A stretch of DNA of 63,982 nt, filler included, from Octopus bimaculoides (Eukaryota), in NCBI RefSeq assembly GCF_001194135.2. It is 5 parts of 4 records of this genome, joined end to end, with 100 filler letters (N's around TTAATTAATTAA, not from the genome) between each part and the next. Parts side by side here need not be neighbours in the genome. Positions count along the whole stretch, not along the records: positions 33,589 to 50,023 come from NC_068981.1; 4 more parts are not named here. The stretch is one strand, 5' to 3'. Shown in pieces: positions 34,823 to 46,230 of this stretch. The first letter of the stretch is position 1; the number at the start of each line of letters is the position of its first letter. Both the position numbers and the translations under genes were made by a program. The notes under the pieces are model-generated. The model was not told the DNA's origin. It was given only the letters and a program-made list of their open reading frames with translations, and did no database searches.

Positions 34823-35995
34823 GAGTATGCTAGTACAATAGATGTAGACTTTAGAGTTGAAGAAAAATTTTATACCGTTGACAGTGCCACCTGACCGGCT
34901 TCTATGTTGGTGGCACATAAAAAGCACCATCTGAACGTAGCCAATGCTAGTACCACCTCACTGGCTCTTGTGCCGGTGGCACATAAAAAGCACTATCTGA
35001 ACATGATTGATGCCCAGCCCACCTGACTGGCTCCTGTGCCAGTGGAACATATAAAGCACCCACTACACTCTCAGAGTGGTTAGCATTAGGAAGGGCATCG
35101 AGCTGTAGAAACATTGCCAGATCAGATTGGAACCTGGTGCAGCCTTCTGTCTTGCCAGTCACTAGTCGAACTGTACAAACCCATGCCAGCATGGAAAGTG
35201 GACATTAAATGATGATGATGATGATGAATGTCAAAACATGACAAAATCACCTTGATGGGTGATCTGTAATATCAGAATTGGTAAAGCGTGGAACCTGTGC
35301 AAATGGCACAATTGAAAGAAAAGATGATAGAGGACAGGTTGAATCAAATGGTGTTTTTCTTCTAACTAAACACAGTGGGCACAATGTTGTTAACTAGTCC
35401 ACTTCCCTCTAAAATCTCAGGCCTTGTGCCTACTGTAGAAAGGATTATTAAACTGTGCTCCTTGTGTTTAGTTAGAAGAAAAACACCATTTGATTCAACC
35501 TGTCCTCTATCATCTTTTCTTTCAATTGTGCCATTTGCACAGGTTCCACTCTTTACCAATTCTGATATTACAGATCACCCATCAAGGTGATTTTGTCATG
35601 TTTTGACATTCATCATCATCGTTTAACGTCCACTTTCCATGCTGGCATGGGTTGGACAGTTCGACTGAAGTCTGAAGAGCCAGCAGCTGCACCAGACTCC
35701 AATCTAATCTGGCAATGATTCTACAGCTGGATGCCCTTCCTAATGCCAACCACTCCAAGAGTGTAGTGGGTGCTTTTTACGTACCACCAGCACGAGGGCC
35801 AGTCAGGCGGTACTGGCATCGACCACGCTTGAATGATGCTTTTTATGTGCCACCGGCACGGGGGGCAGTCAGGTGGCACTGGCATCGACCACGCTTGAAT
35901 GGTGCTTTTTATGTGCCACCGGCACGGGAGCCAGTCAGGCAGTATAAAATTTTTCTTTAACTCTAAAGTCTACATCTATTATACTTGCATACTCA
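34823..35995. repeat. Inverted duplication (fold-back) containing two family E repeats
   Basis: 35217-35374 pairs with 35463-35620 (158 bp, one mismatch). Arms continue through the family E copies to unique flanks 34823-34877 and 35940-35995. Confidence 0.93.
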
Positions 35996-36724
35996 TTGAT
36001 GATTGTTGTGTATCTGTGAGAGACAGCAAACTTTAAGAGTAGAGAAGAAGAATGTTTATTGTTCTTACTAATACCTTTAAATAGTTTATGTTGCCTGCCA
36101 ATCATTGCAGACCTCAATGTCTACAGCTTGTCACACATTCTGATGGTTTTTCCCTTCCAAAAAAATGTTATATCCATTACTGTACCTCATGAGCTGTTAT
36201 TCATGAGCTAATCTTTACTTGCTAAAGGGCTACAAACCTGATATTAAAGTGCATCAGGTCCCCAGAGACGAGTACTGTTAGTTGTTTTGGATAAGGGTTG
36301 TTCAACTTGTCAATTAGAACCCCAACATTCCAAGATCCAAATTTCACTAAGTATTGTTTCTTTCATCTACAAAATGATAGTCCAGATGAATGTGGATATC
36401 AGATATAGGAAGCTGAGACAGGCCATGGTTTGAAATACCATTTATAGATTCATCTTAATCAGAGGTTCTCAAACTTTTTGGGCCACTGCTCCCCTCATGG
36501 CCACATAATACCCTCAGCGCTCCAACCCTATTTTTATGTATAAATAAATATTTATATTTTACTAATTTATATATAGTATGAATCATTTGATATTTAATAT
36601 AATATTATATAATTTGTATACAATACTATAATATTACAGTTCTATATTTAAGAGATGAGGAATTATATACATTATTTACATTATTTACATTTGACGGATA
36701 TTTGTTCTCAACTTGTTTGTTGGT

Positions 36725-36770
36725 GACACAACGTTTCGGCTGATATACCCTCCAGGCTTCATTAGGTGTC
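36725..36770 (-). ncRNA. Minimal hammerhead copy, mutated core
   Basis: GACAC-CUAAUGA-A-GCCUG..CAGCC-GAAACGUU-GUGUC; perfect stem I, G5A in the core. Confidence 0.62.
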
Positions 36771-36786
36771 TTGGGGAAATTTCGAA

Positions 36787-36833
<47 letters not shown>

Positions 36834-36834
<1 letters not shown>

Positions 36835-36992
36835 GCTGATGACAACGTTTCTCTAAAAGAAATGGAGAAACTTTCAAAATACAAAGACCTGGAAATAGAG
36901 GTAACTCGAATGTGGAATCTAAAAGCAGAAACAATTCCTATCATAGTAGGTGCCTTAGGTATAATAAAAAAATATTCAGACAAATACATAAC
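36834..36992 (+). mobile_element. R4/Dong-like RLE LINE fragment directly after (AAT)n
   Basis: DDNVSLKEMEKLSKYKDLEIEVTRMWNLKAETIPIIVGALGIIKK; (AAT)n at 36791-36833. Confidence 0.9.
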
Positions 36993-37744
36993 NNNNNNNN
37001 NNNNNNNNNNNNNNNNNNNNNNNNNNNNNNNNNNNNNNNNNNNNNNNNNNNNNNNNNNNNNNNNNNNNNNNNNNNNNNNNNNNNNNNNNNNNNNNNNNNN
37101 NNNNNNNNNNNNNNNNNNNNNNNAAGATGAGGACAAATATCTATCAAATGTAAATAATATAAATGAAATACTATAATAATATTATAAATTCATAGCATCC
37201 CCCAATCTACTGCCTTCCTCCCAATGCCGCCTTTTTCTCTACCGCCTCCACCGCCACCACCTCCTTAGGCACCAGCGCCCACCTGGACTGTCTCAACCCC
37301 CACCGGGGGGGGGGGGTTAGAGCCCACTTTGAGAACCTATGATCTTAATGAATGGTGAACTGAGTGGATCCCAGAAAAGACTGCTCAGATATAGCTGTAG
37401 CTACCCAAAAACCCTGCACCATTATCATTTCCCATAAAACACCCCTGTTTTGTTACCCACAATACCTCACCACTGTTGTGTCTTGTTGCAGCCACCCTCC
37501 TTAGTGAGGTGGGTTCAGGTATGGGGTAGATCGTCTCTGCAATGTTCTTTAGTTAAGTATCATCTGACTGACATTGGATATTATCTCTATCAGCGCCGGA
37601 AATCATCTCATGAATAGATTAGAAATGTTGCCAAATGTTTAATAAGATTTTACCGACATTACATTCACTGGCCACCATCTTGTTTAGTTTTCAATCATTT
37701 TTACGTCAGAATCGTGAAATTTTATCTGATTGAGAGAAGGGGTG

Positions 37745-37747
37745 AAG

Positions 37748-37784
<37 letters not shown>

Positions 37785-37966
37785 TGTGTGTGTGTGTGAT
37801 GAGAAGAAAGAAGAAGAATGTTGTATAAATGACAGAAAAGAGAGAGTATGAATGAAAGAGAGAGAGAGAGAGAGAGAAAATGGGCTGAGAATGAACTAAA
37901 GAAAGAGGGATATGAATGAAAGAGAATGAGGGAGACAAAGAAAGAGGTACTGAGGAAGAGAAAAAG

Positions 37967-38000
<34 letters not shown>

Positions 38001-38210
38001 GTAAAAGAGAAATGTTAGAATTAGAGAGAAAATGTAGAGGGATTAAAAAGAGACAAAATGAGAGAGAGACAGACAGAGAGTAGAAAGAAAGGGTAGAAGA
38101 GAGATAAAAAAGAGGAGGTGGGGCATAGGATTTGAAAGTGAAATGAAAAAGAGAAAGATTGAAAGTGAGATGAGGAGAGAGAAAGAATGGGAGGAATGAA
38201 AGAGAGAGAG
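37745..38210. repeat. GA-rich low-complexity region
   Basis: Directly visible. Confidence 0.85.
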
Positions 38211-38378
38211 AAGGACTATCTTCCCATCACATCGCATAATATTACAAGAATTTGCTGATAACATATGATGGAACTGTAGGTTACATGTTTCTCTCAAAAG
38301 GTGGTTTGTATATGTATGTGTGTGCTTGAGTGTGTATGTAAATGTATATATGTATACATATATNNNNNNNNNNATATA

Positions 38379-38428
<50 letters not shown>

Positions 38429-38568
38429 AATATACATGCTTTCATGAATATATATATGTATGTATTAATGCATGTACACACACATACACAGATATATAAA
38501 TATATATACACATGTGCACATATATATGTGTGTATATATGTATACACACACATATATTATACAGACTT

Positions 38569-38700
38569 ATCATCATCATCATCATCGTTTAACGTCCGCC
38601 TTCCATGCTAGCATGGGTTGGACGATTTGACTGAGGACTGGTGAAACCGGATGGCAACACCAGGCTCCAATCTAATTTGGCAGAGTTTCTACAGCTATAC
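38569..38700 (-). mobile_element. Family E (RTE-tail-like) repeat, 3' fragment
   Basis: CATCATCATCGTTTAACGTCCGCCTTCCATGCTAGCATGGGTTGGAC. Confidence 0.85.
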
Positions 38701-38730
38701 ATCTATATCAACTTTTACAGGGAAAAGATT

Positions 38731-39170
38731 GATATTGAAGTTTCGGCTTGTTTGCCTTCGTCAGACTGAGCTTTACTTGTGTTCTTTTGCACTTTATATA
38801 GTCTTTGGCAAATTGTACTCTGGGGATGTAGAGGTGGAGTTATATGAATAATAATTAGGTCTCATGTAGGTGGATGAGGTAAGTAGCTATAAAGAAAGAA
38901 AGGATAGAAGCATGCGTTTGTAGGGTGTGTGTTGTTAGAAAGTTATGGTGAAGAGATTTACTTTGGTTTGATATAGGAATTTTTTATTGCTTAAGGTCTG
39001 CTCAGGAATGTAATTATGTAGAAATAAACTATGCGAAATGCTATCAGATAAAGACAAACAGCTGTAATTTCAAAAGAGGCGAGATGGAATTTGCCTGGAG
39101 ATTATATTTAGGATAGAAGTGTTTATGAAATTATTATTATTAGTTTGGCCATTGTTATTGACGATGACCA
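38731..39170 (-). mobile_element. Decayed PLE fragment ending in a hammerhead-like motif
   Basis: ILNIISRQIPSRLF..YSC resembles the PLE thumb region; downstream on the same strand is CTGACGA-A-GGC-AAACAA-GCC-GAAAC. Confidence 0.4.
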
Positions 39171-39179
39171 AAGACATCA

Positions 39180-39595
39180 CATAGGAGAAGATGGATCACA
39201 GTGTGTCTGACTGTGGCCAATCAGACCAATGTGTGCCTGGAAGGCTCTACTGCAGGTTGGGCACTGGTGGTCTGCAGGAGCTGAAAGTAAGGGATTAGCT
39301 CTGGACTTGCATAGTTTGTGTTTCTTTTATGTCCCCACAATCCTGTTCTGTTTGTAGGAAGTTGGTGCACCTCAGTTGGTGCAGCTTCAACAGGCAAGGT
39401 GGTCATGTGTTTGCATTTCCCAGGTGTCGGAGTTGATCGTGAAGCTTTTCAGTGAGGTTTTGAGTGGGTCCTCTTAAAGTCCTTTTTCTGTCTGCATTGT
39501 AAGCATTTGCCTTTCTCCAGTTCGCTATAAAATAGTCTTTTGGGGAGGGAGTCATGTGTCAGGCATTCAAACAAGGTGGCCAGCCCACCTGACTT
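39180..39595 (-). mobile_element. RTE-clade LINE, 3' coding fragment
   Basis: RWAGHLV.MPD...LPKRLFYSELEKGK...QKKDF....LK.SLKSF.INSDTWE. Confidence 0.85.
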
Positions 39596-39903
39596 CCACT
39601 CTCCAACTGATTTATATGGAATACTAAAGCACTTCTAGTATAATCCAGTGAGTAGGTAACTGAAACAACTGGAATTGTTATCGTCAAAACATTCAAAACA
39701 TCAATTTACAATGAGTCGAATTCAAAAGTGGGTTACTTATTCAGTTTGTCATAAAATTATTGTCATATTTTGACAGCTGTCAAACCCAAATGTTTTGTGC
39801 TAAATGCTACCAACTAATTTCTCTTTTACTGTTCATGACACCCGTTTTTGTGAAGACCCTTTGCTCCATATTTCTGTGAACTGCATGCCTCGGACATCTT
39901 AAA

Positions 39904-40305
39904 CTTGTTTCAGTCATTAGACTGAGGTCATTCTGGAGCACCGCCTTGAAGAATTTTAAGTCAAATGAATTGAGCCTAGTACGTTTTTTTAAAGCCTGAT
40001 ACTTATTCTAGCCAATCTCTTTTGCTAAACTGCTAGGTTACAAAAAATATAAACAAGCCAACACTGGCTGTCAAGAGATGATAGGGGTCGCACGCACATA
40101 CACACATCACACACATCACACATCACACACACACACACACACACACACATACATACGACAGGGTTCTATCAGTTTCCATCTGCCAAATCCACCGACAAGG
40201 TTTTGGTCGACCTGAGATTATAGAGAAGACATTTGTCCAAGGTGTCACACAACGGGATTGGACCCAGGACCATGTGGTTGGGAAGCAAACGTCTTACCAC
40301 GCACC
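39904..40305 (-). mobile_element. SINE family A, diverged
   Basis: CTTGTTTCAGTCATT.GACTG...CAAATCCAC.GACAAGG.TTTGGTCG.CC...CCATGTGGTTGG.AAGCAA. Confidence 0.85.
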
Positions 40306-40309
40306 TAGA

Positions 40310-40540
40310 ATAAGAGAAGGTTCTGGAACAAACTCAACATCTTCAGCATGTGAAGCAGATGCAATAACCACAACCATTGAAATGGTTTCGTAAACTTCTA
40401 AACAAAAGACAATCAGAAGCAGCCCAGTTGGTAGAATATGGTAAAGGAAGAAATATCTTCCCAGATGAGTTCCTCTGGGTCAGTGGTTCTCAAAATGCCA
40501 AATACCTGTCCTCCAGGCATCTGCACCTGCACAATGTAAA
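40310..40540 (+). mobile_element. Possible LINE RT relic (CR1/L2/Jockey-like)
   Basis: KWFRKLLNKRQ followed by a frameshifted GVP(L/Q)GSV-like motif. Confidence 0.35.
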
Positions 40541-40685
40541 GGAAATATTTGCACTCCTTTATTAATGAAAAAACAAGAAAGTTGACTTCCATAAAATTCT
40601 TTCTTTCTCTTTTTTTTAATTTTTTTTTTTATGGTATTGCAGATGTTAAACAGGTAGAAGACTTTTAAAACCATTTTAATTTTCT

Positions 40686-41140
40686 TTAACCCTTTTGTTA
40701 CCATATTTCTGTTGAGATGTTTTGTGTTTCTTTCAATTAATTTTAAATATAACAAAGAATTTAGTAAAATAACTTCGTTATCATTCAGCTAGTGTTAAGA
40801 ACATAAATTGTGACTAAGGTTTGGTGGAAGATTTTAATTCAAAACTTATGAAAACAAGACATTTGTACTACAGAGCCAGAAGTGGTTTCAGTCGGGTCAG
40901 TATGAAAAAGGTTAAATTAATCATTTGTTAACCCTTTTGTTACCATATTTCTATTGAGATGCTCTGTGTTTCTTTCAATTAATTTTATATATAATAAAGA
41001 ATTTAGTAAAATAGCTTCGTTATCATTCAGCTAGTGTTAGGAACATAAATTGTGACTAAGGTTTGGTGGAAGATTTTAATTCAAAACTTATGAAAACAGG
41101 ACATTTCTCCTACAGAGCCAGAGGCTGGCTGTAAACCTTA
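40686..41140 (+). mobile_element. Tandem pair of piggyBac-type MITEs
   Basis: TTAACCCTTT...AAA(A/G)GGTTAA units of ~230 bp at 40686-40915 and 40928-~41140, separated by ATTAATCATTTG. Confidence 0.85.
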
Positions 41141-41142
41141 AC

Positions 41143-41575
41143 CATGATACAGTTCAATATTTAAGAGATTCTGTACATTATTTACATTTGACCAAGATTT
41201 GTCCTCATCTTGTTTGTTGTTAACACAACATTTCGGCTCCAACCTTCTTCAGGTCCTGGGTTCGATGTTATTATTATCCAGGTCATTGCCTAGAATCGAA
41301 CTCGGAATCTTGGAGTTAGTAGCCCACGCTCTTAACCACTACACCATATGCCCATGGGCAATTATGGAGTGAATTTTAGGATTTATAAATCTAATACTCT
41401 CCTATCCTACCTTAATACCGTTTCCCATATTCTGTTCATATCTGCACTCGATCTGCTTAGGAGGTTGTTGTGTCCTAGCATATATGTTGCTTCTTTTAGT
41501 TTTCGTATTTTCCAGTGGTCTTCTCTGTCCATTATTTTAACTTCACCCCACAGGGGGAGGTGGTCTCCATTAGCT
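41143..41575 (-). mobile_element. Independent PLE 3' end with tRNA cassette and hammerhead variant
   Basis: GDHLPLWGEVKIMDREDHWKIRKLKEATYM...IWETVLR; tRNA-like 41281-41353; short AAT tract; CUGAAGA-A-GGU-UGGA-GCC-GAAAUGUU-GUGUU at 41222-41256; shared terminal ...TAAATAT.GAACTGTA. Confidence 0.9.
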
Positions 41576-42289
41576 ATGATTATTTGATTCTTATAATGAA
41601 TGATTCCTTGTATATACCATCTTACACTCAACACAGGTTTTGTTTGTACCTAAGTACCCCAACTTGACTGCAAGGCTGGTCTATCTCAAGGGCTAAGATA
41701 CTGATAACAGTACTTAACTCTGTGAGAAAGAATTCCTTCTCATCTCTAGTAATAATTCCATTCAGAAAAGGGCAGGGGAGAAAAAAATAGACATAGATCT
41801 GTCACGACTGCAATGGCTCTTAATAATCAACTCTCTATTAGTGTCATGTGACAGGTCATGTGGAATCCATTTTATGGTCTTTGGCATTTTTCTAAACCAT
41901 TTCAATTCATGATAGACAGATAGTTTATACAGTCAACCTAGAATTTCCTATCTGTAATGATAGGAATTTCTGTAACAGCAACTTCCATTGTTTTTTTAAT
42001 CAAATTCACTAGAACAATCCTCTCTTGATTCAACCTTCAGATCAGAATTCCCAATTGTGAAATGGGAAAAACCAAATCCTATAATTTCTTTCATTTCATC
42101 TACATCATACAAGTGCTTTGGTGTGATGTTCGTGTTGTCCAACCATTGACCTCTTTATGAAATTGCAAAGCATAACATGAGGAATGTGGTTTTTTTTTTT
42201 TTATTACTCAGATCAAACATGAGATCAGTTTGAAAGCTTTTTCTGAAAGTACAAGAAAAGCAAGCCATCAAAGAAGACCCATCAAGCTG

Positions 42290-42555
42290 AGCAAAATTGC
42301 AGTCATGGCAGATACTGGTGTCGTGCAAATGGCACCCATGCCGGTGGCACTTAAAAGCACCCATTACACTCTTGGAGTGGTCGGCATTAGGAAGGGCATC
42401 CAGCCATAGAAACCATGCCAAATCAGACTGGAACCTGGTGCATCCTTCCAGCTTGCTAGCTCTTGTCAAACCATCCAACCCATGCCAGCATGGACAATGG
42501 ACGTTAAATCATGATGATGATGATGATGATGATGATGACAATGACGACGATGATG
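42290..42555 (+). mobile_element. Family E repeat with (GAT)n tail
   Basis: GGCATTAGGAAGGGCATCCAGC...CCAACCCATGCCAGCATGGA...GGACGTTAAA(GAT)n. Confidence 0.87.
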
Positions 42556-43047
42556 AAACAGAACTTAATTAAATCCTGTTCAACATTTTTTGGCTCAAGA
42601 ATCAGACAACTCTTTCATTACAACCTCACAGAAAAAAGTTCATTATCCCATTTATGAATTTCTTCTATTTCACAAAAGCATCAGTAAGTTTACATTGATA
42701 ACTAATATTTCTAATAAATTTGATCAGTTTTACATCCTTCTGTCTAGTATCTCATTATTTCTTTATCCTTTGATCTTATGATAAGGTTGTATCAATTGAA
42801 AATAGTAGCAAACATATCCCTTCGCTAATTGTTGCTCTGATTGGTCTTAAGATAATGACCAGTACTTAATTATAGTCCTATTCATGTATATGTTCTCTTA
42901 TTTCATCATATAACAATTTTTTCGTATACGTCCTCGGTTACAAGCTTATTTGTGAAGTGAGCCATTCCTCTGTTTTGGAATATTTTCATAGCATCAAGTT
43001 TGATGATTAAAATATGAAATCTTGAGTTAGGAAAATGAGGAATTTGA

Positions 43048-43099
<52 letters not shown>

Positions 43100-43161
43100 G
43101 ACATACATACACACACAAGTTATATATGATACATACATACATACATACATANNNNNNNNNN

Positions 43162-43215
<54 letters not shown>

Positions 43216-43221
43216 ATATAC

Positions 43222-43257
<36 letters not shown>

Positions 43258-43979
43258 AGACATAACCTAAGTGTCTTGTTCAGTTGTGCACCTGGTCTCA
43301 CAGAAATATTAGATAATACCCCAAAACCGCAAAATACTCCTGTAGGACTTACAGTGAGCAGTCAGTTAAAGGCCAGTGAAACACAGAAGCTGTGGTCAAT
43401 GAAGAAGTAGTGTTGATCAACACCAATGGAATGACACATACATAGAAATATGCTGTGGCAAAGAGGGCCCCTGTATGGCCAGATTGAATAATCACAGATC
43501 CTTCTTAAGACTTCAGGAAAGATGGAATGTTGCAATTATGGCCAGCTATATATGGTGACTGAAAGAGGAAACAAAGCTGTATAACATCAATTGGAGATTA
43601 TTGGAAAGTTTTGGCCCATATCTTAATGGAAATAGAATATGCCGGCTCTGCTTGACAGAGAGGAGACTCTTTCTAAAAATTCACACGATCCATGTACTTT
43701 CTTGATTCCAAAAAGCGAAGTTTTTGAATGTTACCCTCATGAAAGCAAATACACTAAAAATATGCATGTCATTTTATGTGTGGATCTGTATGCTTTGACT
43801 ATATATGTGTACAAAGACATAAGTTCATATGTCTATTACTGGAATGTTTCGTATGTTTTCACAGGCCCATTAATGGTTCATAATTTTGATTTTTTTAAAT
43901 GAACAGTATCCTTTCAAGATTTGTGATACCTAACTTCTCAAGCTTTGTGCTGTGCTCTATTAGCCTAAGTGAGTGGAAG

Positions 43980-44150
43980 TGCATGGTTCAGTGGTCAGGA
44001 TGTTGCAGTTATGATTGTAAGAGTGCAATTTCAATTCCTGGACCAAGCAATGCCTTATATTCTTGAGCAAAACACTTCATTTCGCATTGTTACAGTCCAT
44101 TCAGCTGGCAAAAATGGGAAATCCTGCAACACACTGGTTCCTATCCAATA
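43980..44150 (+). mobile_element. SINE family C
   Basis: GCATGGTTCAGTGGT.AG head and TTCTTGAGCAAAACACTTCATTTC core. Confidence 0.75.
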
Positions 44151-44386
44151 TATACACCACAGAATCCAGGAAACTGACCTTATGAGTCTATGGCTCGGGA
44201 AGGACCTTTGATCTGTTTGATCCAGGTGTAGTATATGGAAGGTTCTCATTATGCCAGCATAGATATTTCCTTTTTCTTTTATCGTTAACATTGTGTTCAT
44301 ATCTGCTTGACAACTGATTTACCACAACTATACACACTTCCTTTTCTTAGTCCCTGATTATTATATCTGGTCTATAGTAATATTCT

Positions 44387-44771
44387 GTGGAGGTGCAATG
44401 GCCCAGTGGTTAGGGCAACGGACTCGAGGTCATAGGATCGCGGTTTCGATTCCCAGACCGGGCGTTGTGAGTGTTTATTGAGCGAAAACACCTAAAGCTC
44501 CACGAGGCTCCAGCAGGGGATGGTGGTGAACCCTGCTGTACTCTTTCACCACAACTTTCTCTCACTCTTTCTTCCTGTTTCTGTTGTGCCTGTAATTCAA
44601 AGGGTCAGCCTTGTCACACTGTGTCACACTGAATATCCCTGAGAACTACGTTAAGGGTACACGTGTCTGTGGAGTGCTCAGCCACTTGCACGTTAATTTC
44701 CCGAGCACGCTGTTCCATTGATCGGATCAAGTGGAACCCTCGACGTCGTACGCAACGGACTGCCAACAACA
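44387..44771 (+). mobile_element. SINE family D, full length with TSD
   Basis: tRNA-like head TGGCCCAGTGGTTAGGGC...GGTTTCGATTCCC, (AAC)n tail, 13-bp TSD ATAGTAATATTCT at 44374-44386 and 44772-44784. Confidence 0.92.
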
Positions 44772-44829
44772 ATAGTAATATTCTACCATTATTCACTCAC
44801 ATTGTGAGTATATCCCCAACAACACTTAC

Positions 44830-44841
44830 TTATTATTTTCA
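44830..44841 (-). CDS. Candidate 12-nt microexon
   Basis: tgtattcaccttctctgctgctcag|TGAAAATAATAA|gtaagt on the minus strand; frame-preserving. Confidence 0.25.
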
Positions 44842-45101
44842 CTGAGCAGCAGAGAAGGTGAATACAATGTTTGAATCTTACATTGGATTAACCTGAAATT
44901 CTTTTAAAATAAACAAACATTTCGGCACCATCATAGAAATATTGATATATGCCTTTCTGGAAATAGATCTAGCTTTAAAAATAAGAAATTTAATTCTGAT
45001 GTCATTGGTAAATTAATTTGTTTTGTCAAACTGTACAATTGTAAAAACAAGCCTTGATCACTCAATTTCTCTGAATCATATGAAATATATTTTTTCATAT
45101 A

Positions 45102-45527
45102 GGCGCAGGAGTGGCTGCGTGGTAAGTAGCTTGCTTACCAACTACATGATTCCGGGTTCAGTCCCACTGCCTGGCACCTTAGGTAAGTGTCTTCTACTAT
45201 AGCCTCAGGCCAACCAGAGCCTTGTGAGTGGATTTGGTAGACGAAAACTGAAAGAAGCCCGTCGTATATATGTATATGTGTATATGTATGTATGTGTGTG
45301 TATATGTTTGTGTGTCTGTGTTTGTCCCCACCAACATCGCTTGACAATCAATGCTGGTGTGTTTACGTCCCCGAAACATAGCGGTTCGGCAAAAAGAGAC
45401 CGATAGAATAAGTACTAGGCTTACAAAGAATAAGTCCTGGGGTCGATTCGCTCAACTAAAGGCAGTGCTCCAGCATGGCCGCAGTCAAATGACTGAAACA
45501 AGTGAAAGAGTAAAAGAGTAAAAGAGT
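45102..45527 (+). mobile_element. SINE family A, full length, CpGs largely retained
   Basis: Same architecture as 34071. Confidence 0.93.
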
Positions 45528-45984
45528 ATATAAATTTTTCCCTTCTAAATTGAAACTCTAAACTAATTTCTAATTACATGCATAAATGTTTCCATACACT
45601 TAAATATCTGAAACCATTTGTTATATGACAAAAGCTGGACACTTTGAATGAAATGATTTCCCTTTGTAAACAGCATCGTCCAAAGACAAGTGTTGCAACT
45701 TTAGCAAAAGTATGAACCATAATTGTTTTCTTCCCATGAGAACTATTTTGTCTCTGACTCCTCGTGTGAATTTATATGGATAATTTGATTTACAATTACT
45801 TGATGTTTTATTAACAACAAATTTTTATAAGCAGAAAAGAAAGAGAAAGAAAGAAATTAAATGCATATAAGATCAAACTATTGCAAGAAAATAAAAAATA
45901 AATATAAGGAAACAAAGAAAAAGTAAAAAAGTAGGGAGGAGGAGGAGGATTTTTAAACAGCAGAAGTAGTTGGGGGAGGGAGTG

Positions 45985-46230
45985 ACTGGTAGTGCATTGT
46001 GTCCTTGAGCAAGACATTCTATTTCACGTTACTCCAGTTCACTCAGCAGGCAAAAATGAGTTGTACCTGTAATTGAAAAGGGGCCGGCCTTGTCACATTC
46101 TGTGTCATGCATAATCTTCCTGAGAACTACGTTAAGGGTACATGGGTCTGTGGAGTACTCAGCCACTTTCATTTTAATTTCACAAGCAGGCCATTCCATT
46201 GATCGAATCATTATGGTAACCAACGAAATG
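45985..46230 (+). mobile_element. SINE with family C core and family D tail
   Basis: GTGTCCTTGAGCAAGACA core, then CCTTGTCAC...CCTGAGAACTACGTTAAGGGTACA as in 44600-44770. Confidence 0.8.

Larger units (their letters stand above)
36460..37341. mobile_element. hAT-type non-autonomous element with nested insertions
   Basis: TIRs CAGAGGTTCTCAAA / TTTGAGAACCTATG; perfect 8-bp TSD ATCTTAAT at 36452-36459 and 37342-37349. Confidence 0.9.

Noticed and set aside
35760-35940. Regular repeats resembling a CRISPR array
   Set aside because: 66-bp tandem units without unique spacers inside a eukaryotic retroposon; no cas genes.
40305-40521. Minus-strand exon-like segment VQMPGGQVFGILRTT...
   Set aside because: All three frames hit stops before a donor; the plus strand fits a LINE RT relic better.
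42600-42683. Plus-strand exon-like segments (also 45674-45709 and 53416-53431)
   Set aside because: Splice-like signals are common in AT-rich DNA; no homology, and they conflict in strand with other equally weak candidates.
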